From contig CM060733.1 in NCBI GenBank assembly GCA_030704615.1, positions 27,776,001 through 27,840,000 of the forward strand: a DNA stretch of 64,000 nt, in the 5' to 3' direction. Source of the stretch: Takakia lepidozioides. Taxonomy: Eukaryota > Plantae > Bryophyta. The translations under genes were made by a program, and so were the position numbers. Shown here piece by piece: positions 25,013 to 35,297 of the stretch. Within the stretch, counting starts at the first letter, position 1. Each line of letters opens with the position of its first letter. A model generated the notes under the pieces. It was not told the origin of the DNA and did not search any database. It saw only the letters and a program-made list of their open reading frames with translations.

Positions 25013-26749
25013 GAACTGGCGGACTGCTGGAAGCGGCGGACTGGTGTCGCAGAACGACGACGCAGGGGGCGACGACGCGCCTGGGGCGACGACGCCGATG
25101 GGATGAGGGCGGGGGTGGGGAGGGATTGACCGAGCCCAGCCGGCTGCCTTTCGATGTCTGCCGGAGGCGAAGAACCGGCGGTACGGGTGTCAGGGATGGA
25201 CTGTCCTGACGCGCTTGCATTAAGTTCTTACATTATTCCTATTATCTTCCACTTGGATACATAGGAGATTGCACGTGGGCTTAGATGACAGTAGACACTT
25301 GGGCCTCTACATGGGAGATGCACTTGATACATGAATAGGAGATTGTACCTGGGCTTAGATGGGCCTCGACATAGGAAATTGCACTTGGTCTTAGATTTCA
25401 ATTCTTCGTACATGGGCTAATGACATCTGCTACACTAGAGGTCACACTTAGGCCTCCACATAGGAGACGTAGGGATGCATAGGAAATCGCACTTGGTCTT
25501 AAATTTCAATTCTTCACACATGGGCCAAAGGCACAAGCTACCCTAGAGGTCGCGCTTGGGCCTCCACATTGGACTTGGACTTAGATGACATTGGACACTT
25601 GGGCCAACGGCACAAGCTACCCAATATGATAAAACTGGATGTAGTGGACTTCACTCAGGGAATTGAGAACACTACACCGGTTTCTTTCTGGCATGTCTTG
25701 CCAACCTTCTCCCGAGAGTGACATGGAGCTGAAGGGCCAGTCGGGGTGACACCTGGATACATGGGAGGGAGTGTAAACTCCACTTGGGTTTACCTAAACT
25801 GGGTTACACGGTGGGGAGTGTAACTCCACTCAGGGTTACATGGAAGGAAGTGTAACTCCCCACCGTGTAACTCACACTTGGCCTGAAAATCCCTATTGGT
25901 CACTCCAATCCTCTCCTTTTTTGGACCTTTAAAACTTCCCCCAACCGATGTTGAGTACTCTCATTGATATACTTGGTCTATTATTCACATTTCTATTCAT
26001 TTGAAGATGATGCAGGTTCCAAGTTTACTATTTTTTGCAGAGCCCACCAAAGTAAGGTGGAGGCATGGTTACAATGTAGCCCTGAGCCATGACCAGGAAT
26101 ACCTTCGACACTGGGTAGATGCCACGCTGGCAGCCCAACGGTCCTTTTATGAACGCGCAGGTTGCCTTGCAACGGCCATGTCGCCCCCGTTCCCGCTCTG
26201 CTCTTCGCACTAGGTGTTGATGATTTTGCGGGAGCATTAAAGTGCGGTGTAGGTGTGGTGCACCACGGGACTTTCTTGTATTTTGTTTGGAAGCTGATTT
26301 GGTTTCTTTCATTCCCCTTTCTCTTCTTCTCTCCAATTTCTGCAGTTTTCCGAGCATTAAATCTGTGGTTCTAAGGTGCATTACGTAAGAAGAATGCGCT
26401 CGGAGATTCCGTTGGAAGGGTTGAAATGTCAGTCGCTCCATCTTCACAAATTCTGTCTTTCAAAGCTTTGCAATGTCAGATATGCTGTCTCTTGTCAGAA
26501 ATAGTAGGAATGATACATTTCAAAGGTTTTTGAGGAATTTTCTCTTTTGCTTTGCCTCTGGACACAGCTGTCTCCCTATCTCTCGTTTTCCGCTGTGGCA
26601 ATCAGACGTCAGTGCTACATCTACTCCTTGGGATCGTCGATGATGTGCAGAGACTGCGATTTTAATCACAACAGTTTTTCTAGTGTTGTGTCTGAATGGT
26701 GTTGGAGTGTCAAGGTTATAGCCCTTGCACGACACTTTGAGAACATAAA

Positions 26750-26822
26750 GGGACGGGTAGCTCAGTGGTAGAGCACCCCACTGGACTGGGGGAAGTTCTA
26801 GGTTCAATCCCTAGCCCCAGCA
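26750..26822 (+). tRNA. tRNA-derived pseudogene or SINE head
   Basis: A-box TAGCTCAGTGG and perfect T-arm CTAGG-TTCAATC-CCTAG (B-box). Anticodon-like stem CCCCA/TGGGG has a 6-nt loop and the acceptor stem does not pair, so it is not a functional tRNA. Confidence 0.7.
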
Positions 26823-27152
26823 CACGCCAGTGGCTTTACAACAGACCAGGTAAATTCAGGCATGTAGCCGGGTACCATTCAAAAGCTCTTACCAGCTGAT
26901 CTCTCCTTTGCAAGAAGCGATGCTTACTACTCCAGTTATTTGTTGTTGATGCATCACTCCCATTCCCTGGGGGAAGTTCTAGGTTCAATCCCTAGCCCCA
27001 CCACACGCCAGTGGCTTTACAACAGACCAGGTAAATTCAGGCATGTTTGCCGGTTACCATTCAAAAGCTTCTTACCAGCTGATCTCTCCTTTGCAAGAAG
27101 CGATGCTTACAACTCCAGTTATTTGTTTTTGATGCATCACTCCCATTCCCTG
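26786..27152 (+). repeat. 2 x 181-bp tandem repeat: tRNA 3' half plus a fragment of the hydrolase-gene region 3234-3376
   Basis: aagttctaggttcaatcc at 26793 and 26974. Each unit contains ccattcaaaagct..ccagctgatctctcctttgcaagaagcgatgcttac, as at 3277-3330. Confidence 0.9.
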
Positions 27153-27159
27153 GGCTTCC

Positions 27160-27393
27160 CTCCTCCCCTGACCTGAAGAAGTAGAGGTTAGATAGAGGAT
27201 TCTTCAATACTTTTCCAGCAACTAGTCACAGCGCGTCCTCCTCCCCTGACCTGAAGAAGTAGAGGTTAGATAGATGATTCTTCAATACTTTTCCAGCAAC
27301 TAGTCACAACGCGTCCTCTTCCCCTGACCTGAAGAAGTAGAGGTTAGATAGATGATTCTTCAATACTTTTCCAGCAACTAGTCACAGCGCGTC
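27160..27393 (+). repeat. 3 x 78-bp tandem repeat at the duplication junction
   Basis: acctgaagaagtagaggttagatag at 27171, 27249 and 27327; single copy at 4111-4170. Confidence 0.9.
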
Positions 27394-27638
27394 CGTTGCC
27401 CCATGCCCCTCAGGAATTACTCCGTCAAATAGAAAAGCAACACCGGAGGAGACTAGCCCTCTTTTTCCTCTCCCGTTCATCCGCACAACCGCAGCAGCAG
27501 TCTCGGACCTGTGCAGCTCTTGGAGTACTTATACAGCGAGCAACCTACAGGGGAGGGGAAGGAGGGGCGGGCAGGGGGCAGAGAGAAAACGTTTTAGAAA
27601 AAAGAGGGGCGGGCAGGCAGCCAGCTCCGCGTCGTAAC

Positions 27639-28464
27639 CAGTGTTGGGCGGTTCTTGCATTTGTGAAGGAACCTTCGGTTCCGGTTCCAAAATTATTTCA
27701 AGAGACGGTTCCGGATCCGGTTCCGGTTTTTTTTTATTGAGCCGGTTCCGGTCCGGTTCCGGATCCAACTTTTAAACATGGGGGCGGTTCCGGTTACCGG
27801 TTAGTTGCTGATAAAAACCATCGGTTCCGGTTAGGTTCCGGTTCTATTTTAAAAATATATTTGTTTAATTTAATTAGATTTAAAATATTTTATCAGTCCG
27901 GTAGATTAAATAGCAGTGTATTCACATATTTGAACTAAAATCCAACGATTTTGTTAGTTTTCACTAACACAAAAAAACAAACAAAAATACTCTAGATAAA
28001 CTGGTAGAAGAAAATGGGCAAAATTTTATGGGTTGAAAGTACTATTCAGCTACCTGGCAAGTATTGGCATCTTCAAACATTTTATTAATGAACTTAGCCA
28101 GGATATCATGGAGCTGGAGATTGAACCCAAGATCTCATGGCGCTGAAGCATTGAACATAGAATCTCATGGCCTTCAAGCATTGAACCCAGGATCTCAGGA
28201 GCTTAAGAGCATTAAATAAGTTTTTCCCTGGGCCCACCAGCCCCACCAAGGGGTCAAGAACCAGGAACCGGAACCGCTTTGGAGCTGGAACCGCCGGTTC
28301 CCACACATGTGGTCGTAGCTGGAACCGCCGGTTCCGGTTCCCACACAATCCCCAATGAGCGGTTCCGGTTCCGGTTCTGCACAGGCGGGTCCGGTTCCGG
28401 TCCGGTTCCACATAACCGGAACCGGCGGTTACCCGGGGCCCAGGCAGGTAACCGCCCAACACTG
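27639..28464. mobile_element. Non-autonomous hAT element (826 bp)
   Basis: 15-bp perfect TIR CAGTGTTGGGCGGTT; 8-bp TSD GTCGTAAC at 27631-27638 and 28465-28472; dense CCGGTT/AACCGG subterminal motifs. Confidence 0.93.
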
Positions 28465-29981
28465 GTCGTAACCTACACGCCATTCTCCTAAGGTGACGAT
28501 TTCGGGGGCCCCATGAGGGGACAACGTGACGTATTCCATTACGTGCTAGACTTTTGGAATTACCTGGCGGATAATTCAAGGTAAGTAAGGGTAGGTAAGC
28601 AAACCTTCATTTACCGGACACACCTATGCATTCGTCTGTGCTACAAGACAACAGTCCAGCTTTTGGTCCGTCATGTACTGGACCTGAAAAGCTGGCGACA
28701 AGGGGATTTTCACGTGGCCAAAAGCATGGCGGCAGTATTATTAGTGAAGCTGTACGCGTTGTAGGTTGTCAGTCATCATCTTATACTAATTTTATCAAAG
28801 AGCATCTACGCATGCACCAAAGCCATACCTGCAAACAAGAGAAGAACCAAAAAAGAAGAGACTGGGTGACAAGTTCGTTCTATCCCCTTCAATGAAAAAA
28901 GAGTAGTCCGAGACGGACTTGAAGAGAACCCAGCACGTCTGGTATCGTGAAGACACCCAGCACGTCTAAGACACCCAGCACGTCTAAGATACCCAGCACC
29001 TCTGGTCGATTGCCGTGATCCGTGATACCTGCACTGAGTGTCCCACATAGTGGACAATACAAGGATGGGATAGTAGGAGGATGGCGTACCTACAGGTTGG
29101 CTTTGCGCGAGGCTTTGCGATGATGAGCAAGTAGGACTCCACAAGTGTTGATCGGGTTTTTGTTTTTCAGGAGCACACAGAATTTTAGAGTATTTGCCAT
29201 TACTGTCGTGCAAAACTACCCCCACATCTTCCGTGTCAGCAGGATAGCCGAAAGAGTGAACTCCACGAGAGAGGGCTGGGCGCTATCTCCTCAAAGTCGC
29301 TCGTACGCAATGGTAGAGAATGCTGGTGAGTTTGTGAGGATGGTATTAGGGAGAGAGAAAAGAGGAGTGCGTGTGTATGGGATGTTGGATACCAGCTTGA
29401 CATCTTGAGAGTTGCTTCTTCTGTTAAAGAGTTCGTGCTTTTTGAGAGATTAAATCCTGGAGGGGCAGATGGCCCCAAACATTTGCTGGGAGTAACGTGC
29501 ATATCTCTCTAGCTAGAGTTACATCATTTTGACATTGGTTTTGGTGTTGTTGGGGTCGACTAAGGATCGGCTTCCTCAATTGCATAGGACAGCCTTATTT
29601 CCTGCGAAGCCTGGAAGTGGAATCTTCGATCTATAGCTGTCCATCAGTGAGGGATGCACTCTGGTTTACAAGTCTGAATAGCTTCGAAAACAGGTATTTC
29701 TTTCTCGATAACAATGTCTGGCAAAGATGTAGATAGTGGGCTTGCAATGGTTGGTTCATCTGTTTCTAATAGCTGCAAATTCCGTTTACAAGAGATGCAT
29801 ATGAACCTTCGAGGCTATTAGAAACAGATGATGAGGACCATACTGCAGTGCACAAGGCAAGGCCGAGGCTTCGCTGAAGCCTAATTTTCCATCCAAGAGT
29901 CTGGATTACAAGTACATGAACTAACGTTTAGAGCACATCCTCCTTTCTTGATAACAATGCGGTGGAGTTAGTGGCCTTGCA

Positions 29982-32310
29982 ATGGCTAGCAAATTTGAAG
30001 AGGCATCTCCAAGCACGGCGTGGTTTAAGGCTATTGAAAACGGAAAGTGTGATGAGGTGATGCGGCTTTTGGAGGGTGAAGCTAGGTTGCTACGACAAAC
30101 AGGTTCTAAGAATCGTACTGCATTACACAAGGCAGTCATCGAATGCTGCGCAGAGCTAGTGAGGCTAGTGCTACGACTGGTTCATACATCACCGTCCAAT
30201 AATGCGGGTGATTTGTCTCTCGGGGATCTACTTGAAGCAGTCGATGGTTCATGTGGTCAGACAGCGCTGGCGATCGCAATAGTCATTGGAAATACAAAAA
30301 TCGTCAACACCCTGAACAATGCCGCCCGGAGTTCACCCGAACCCAATGAAGATAGCGACTTAGAACGTAGGCAGCAACTACGGGAATTAATTGTGCAGGA
30401 GCTACAAGAGGAAAAGTTCCAGGCTCACACAGAATTGTTGAACCGTTTAAGATCCCCAACCGACGAAAATACTGGGGAAGAGTATGTCTTTCATCGCGCA
30501 TGTGCCTTTGATGCGATTGAATCTCAAGAAATTAGCGACATATTGCGGAGCATATTACAGAGTATAGTTGACAGGGCAAAGGAGAGAGAGCCAGAACTAG
30601 TACACTTTATTTACGAGCTGAAAGATCGCCGAGGCATGACTCCGTTGCACGCTGCAGTTGCCAGTGACATAGAAAGCAACCTGACTCTTCTTCTCGGGAT
30701 AATTCCTGAAGAAGATGAGTACAACAATTGTGTGAATGCCCTTGATGGCGCAGGACGAACACCGTTGCATCGAGCTGCTGCACAGTCTGGAGACGAGTCC
30801 AACATTGTTCCGATGCTCGTGGCTGATGGAAGGACAGATTTGAACGCAGTCTTTTCTCCGTCTGCAGATAAGGAGGATTATCCAGCAGATTACAAAAGGG
30901 CTCATCGCAGCCCCAGAACGGCCCTGCACTTGGCTGTGGTCCACAACAAGCTCAGATGTGTGGAAGCTCTTCTGGGAGCCGACAATTCTCGAATAGACTT
31001 GAACCGCACGTCTGCTCGATTTGTAAAGTTTCATGAAAGTGGCCCCGACCAGATCATGTACTGGACACCTCTGCAGATTGCTGCATTCATGGGACACCTG
31101 TCCGTGCTCCAAATGCTGGTCGAGGTACTAGTCTATCAAACCTTCCTTTTTTGTCTCCCTTCTTAAGTGTACGCATTTCACATAAGCTATTCACAAATGT
31201 CAGTAGTTTCTGATTCTCTTTTGAGCCCTATACATACTAGTAAGATAGTGGGCACAATGATAGAGCCACATTCAATAAAAATAAAAAAATAAAAAATAAA
31301 AAGATTTGCATCTGACCTCGCTATGTACTTTTTGTCAGAATGACAAAGCTTACGATCACGGACGATATCGCAACAAATCGAGGTCCCCTAGAATTTGGGA
31401 CAAAAGTAGCGTGTTGCACATTGTTGTATGGACTGGAAATGCAGAGGCTCTAAGGTTGATCTTGGAGAGCAGACAATTTAATCCATTCGTTACAGATGTG
31501 ACATTTGGGAAAACTGCCCTACATTGGGGAACAGATGAACGGGTGTGTTATCACGGCGATGTACAACATTATGGAGACTTGATTGACTATGAGAGTTTAC
31601 GACTCACATGGGAAAGAAGTTCTTTAAGTAGACAATTGAAAGATGTCAGTTGGAAGGGATGCATAATCTTATTGCTACAAACTGCTGATATCGACCTATG
31701 GCCCAAAGATAAACAAGGACTTGATCCTTATCCTGGTCCTTTGGCATCTAAAGAAGTACGCACATGGTGGTATGAATATGAAGCTACCCTCATTCGGGCC
31801 ACAAAGAAAAACCTCACTATTGCAGCGAATGCCATGGCAGTTACAGCAGCATTAGTTGCAACTGCGTCTTTTTTGGGACCACTACAACCTCCTCTTGGCA
31901 TTGAGAGCAATGCATCACTATATTATGAAGTTCTTGCAGTGAGAATCTTTATAGTAAGTGATAGCTTGTCATTTTATTTGGCGGTTGCATCCATCACGTT
32001 GTCTATCATCCCATCACTTCCTTTGTCACAAGAGCCGCCGCGAAGGGAGTTGCGACGACACCGGATTACGGTAATTGTGGCACTATGTTTACTCTTAGTA
32101 TCTATTGTATGTGTCCTAGTTGCTTTTGCGGCTGCCACCATTGCAATATCACCGACCTGGAGTCCTAGAATGTTGACATTGAGCACAACTATTATGGGTG
32201 GAGCTCCTTGTGTGGCGGTTGTGATGGTGTACTTGTTCAAGTCGTTGAGACTTATGCTCCATAGATATGAGTTTGTTAAAGACCTATACGAGAAGTATGC
32301 CCAAGTTTAG
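29982..32310 (+). CDS. Ankyrin-repeat + PGG/transmembrane (ACD6-like) protein, copy 2 (704 aa)
   Basis: Exons 29982-31124 and 31339-32310; intact ATG-to-stop frame with the same domains as copy 1. Confidence 0.92.
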
Positions 32311-32446
32311 TGACATTTGATCAATCGAGTAATTAGTTATCTATAATTTGGCAACGTGGTTCTGGATGTTGTATTTTCCTCATTCTAAGGGCTGCTGTTT
32401 TGTTGGTATATATATATATATACTTTCATACCTATGGAATAGTGGA

Positions 32447-33234
32447 GGCCTGACACCACGGGACCATCTCGTGACCATCAGTTCCCAGGGCTTGTCAAAT
32501 CCTCCCCAACCATATAACCACATCTCATCTTTGTAACCCTAGATTGTGTTACCCCTTTGACCCTAAAATCATGTCACCCCTAAATTGGCACCCCGTGCCA
32601 ACCCCGGATCACGTAACCCCTAAAGCATAACCCTGAACCATGTAACCTCATTGTGTGATCCTATGCAACTTTATATGGTGACACCCGGAGTTCATATCAC
32701 CCTATGTAACCTCGGATCTATAACCACATCTAGTGTCACCCTCTATCTCTATCACCCCAATGACATACCATATAGGGCTCATAGGGTAATCTAATTGAGG
32801 ATACACGATGGGGGTTATATGGGTCAGGGTTACACTTGAGGGGTTACATGATCCTGGATTATAGTGGGTGACACAGTCTTAGGATTACAAAGGGTCATAT
32901 GACATGGGGTTATACAATCGATGTTATAGCGGACGACACAATTTTAGGGTTACAAAATGGTGACATGACATGGGATTACATTACACAGGGTGACACGAGA
33001 CTTGGGGTGACATGATTTTGGATAACATAAGGTGACACAAGATGTGGTTATACGGTTTGGGTTACACACAACTTGGGGATGGATGTCACCATAGGACCTA
33101 GCCGCTGAGATGTGGGGGTGGGGAGAATTTGACCGAGCCTTGTTTGCTGTTGCGAATTGATGTCTGCCTGGGGCGGGAAAACCGGGCAGTCCAGGGTATT
33201 AGGCCCAAGCCGCTCGCATTAAGCTCTTACCTTA
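32447..33234. mobile_element. Old non-autonomous MULE relative (copy B)
   Basis: Paralog of 7290-8412 lacking ~300 bp of internal sequence; ends in gctcgcattaagctcttac. Confidence 0.7.
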
Positions 33235-34225
33235 TCAATATATGAAGCAAGGTACCGTACTTACCTAGTTTATTAGGCACTTCCGCACCTAATAATTAAA
33301 TAAAAATAGAATATTATTAGGCAGATTCGTTTTTATTATTTAGGCAGCTTACCAAACATTAGGCATGTATTACAGTCGACCCTGGATAATAATGAACAAT
33401 TGTTTTTTACCTCTCTCAAAAACTATTGTTGAGGTAATTCTCACAATTTTCACAATTTTCAAGCAATTAGGCACTTATCAGGAAAATTTTCCAAGTTTTA
33501 GGCGCATTTTCCAAAAATGTTCTAAACTTAATTGGGCACTTGATTTTGAATTAATTATTGCCTAATAAGCTAGGTAAGTACGGTAGTTTGTTTGTTTTGT
33601 TTGTCTTGTAGCATTGAGATCTCCCAACCGTCCGTAGCCCCGGTGCTTGGTACAGTTGGAAAGCCCTTGATGAGGAGGGGTGATGAGGCTTGGTCTCATG
33701 ATTTTTGGACTTGCGGTGTGGGAGATGTGAGTACTGTGTGGGCTTTCGTGGGACAATGATTGGAGCCTCGACAAAGATATATCAATAATGATTGGATATA
33801 TTATTACTCAATAAATTCATGGAAAAAAAGAAATTGGGCCTTGACATGGGAGACGTACTTGGATACATAAGAGATTGCACGTGGGCTTAGATGACAGTAG
33901 ACATTTGGGCCTCTACATGGGAGATGCACTTGGAGGAGATTGTATCTGGGCTTAGATGGGCCTAGACATAGGAAATTGCACTTGGTCTTAGATTTCAATT
34001 CTTCATACATGGGCCAATGACATCTGCTACACTAGAGGTCACACTTGGGCCTCCACATAGGAGACGCAGGGATGCATAGGAAATCGCACTCGGTCTTAAA
34101 TTTCAATTCTTCACACATGGGCCAAAGGCACAAGCTACCCTAGAGGTCGTGCTTGGGCCTCCACATTGGACTTGGACTTAGATGACATTGGACACTTGGG
34201 CCTACGGCACAAGCTACCCAATATG
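33235..34225 (+). mobile_element. Putative Helitron-like non-autonomous repeat (its copy-A equivalent, 8413-9070 + 25260-25625, is split by the MULE)
   Basis: TC-initiated AT-rich start; several tandem 3'-end-like units gggcc(a/t)a.ggcacaagctaccctag / gctacactag ending in CTAG; no TIR or TSD seen. Confidence 0.4.
33255..33583. mobile_element. Tc1/mariner-type MITE (329 bp)
   Basis: 25-bp TIR ccgtacttacctag(t/c)ttattaggca with 1 mismatch, flanked by TA on both sides. Confidence 0.88.
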
Positions 34226-35297
34226 ATAAAACTGGATGTAGTGGACCTCACTCAGGGAATTGAGAACACTACACCGGTTTCCTTCTGGCATGTCTTGCCA
34301 ACCTTCTCCCGAGAGTGACATGGAGCTGAAGGGCCAGTCGGGGTGACACCTGGATACATGGGAGGGAGTGTAAACTCCACTTGGGTTTACCTAAACTGGG
34401 TTACACGGTGGGGAGTGTAACTCCACTCAGGGTTACATGGAAGGAAGTGTAACTCCCCACCGTGTAACTCACACTTGGCCTGAAAATCCCTATTGGTCAC
34501 TCCAATCCTCTCCTTTTTTGGACCTTTAAAACTTCCCCCAACCGATGTTGAGTACTCTCATTGATATACTTGGTCTATTATTCACATTTCTATTCATTTG
34601 AAGATGATGCAGGTTCCAAGTTTACTATTTTTTGCAGAGCCCACCAAAGTAAGGTGGAGGCATGGTTACAATGTAGCCCTGAGCCATGACCAGGAATACC
34701 TTCGACACTGGGTAGATGCCACGCTGGCAGCCCAACGGTCCTTTTATGAACGCGCAGGTTGCCTTGCAACGGCCATGTCGCCCCGTTCCCCGCTCTGCTC
34801 TTCGCACTAGGTGTTGATGATTTTGCGGGAGCATTAAAGTGCGGTGTAGGTGTGGTGCACCACGGGACTTTCTTGTATTTTGTTTGGAAGCGGATTTGGT
34901 TTCTTTAGATTGTCATTCCCCTTTCTCTTCTTCCCTATCTCTCGTTTTCCGCTGTGGCAATCAGACGTCAGTGCTACATCTACTCCTTGGGATCGTCGAT
35001 GATGTGCAGAGACTGCGATTTTAATCACAGCAGTTTCTAGTGTTGTGTCTGAATGGTGTCGCGATGCCATAGAATGTACATAGAATGTATTCTAATGTGC
35101 CATAGAATGCCATACAATTGCACCTTCTCCCTTCCCGTCTCTCTTCAAAAAACCTAAATCTGATATGAGAAGATCTTTTCTGATGAAGCTTCATCATACA
35201 GCAGCATAATGCAGTCCAGTCGCAACAGAATTGAGGAAAGTTTTGGATTAGAACCTCCGTTTCTGCTCACTTAACGTGAATCTGACAGACAGAAAGC

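Larger units (their letters stand above)
9071..25250. mobile_element. Full-length Mutator-like DNA transposon (MULE), 16,180 bp, with long foldback-like TIRs, transposase and Ulp1 cargo
   Basis: Termini GGAAGATAATAGGAATAATGTAAGAACTTAATGC / exact reverse complement. 9-bp TSD ACTTGGATA at 9062-9070 and 25251-25259. Single empty site at 33857-33865 in the duplicated segment. Confidence 0.97.
4111..26700. repeat. Tandem segmental duplication, copy A (4111-9070 joined to 25251-~26700; interrupted by the 16-kb MULE)
   Basis: Colinear near-identity to 27335-35057 through the promoter, ANK gene, repeats and the downstream QVPSLLFFAEPTK exon-like block. Confidence 0.95.
27335..35057. repeat. Tandem segmental duplication, copy B
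   Basis: Colinear with copy A; lacks the MULE, and carries a hAT element and a ~930-bp extra segment. Confidence 0.95.

Noticed and set aside
26750-26822. Functional tRNA gene
   Set aside because: The acceptor stem is unpaired and the anticodon loop is non-canonical.
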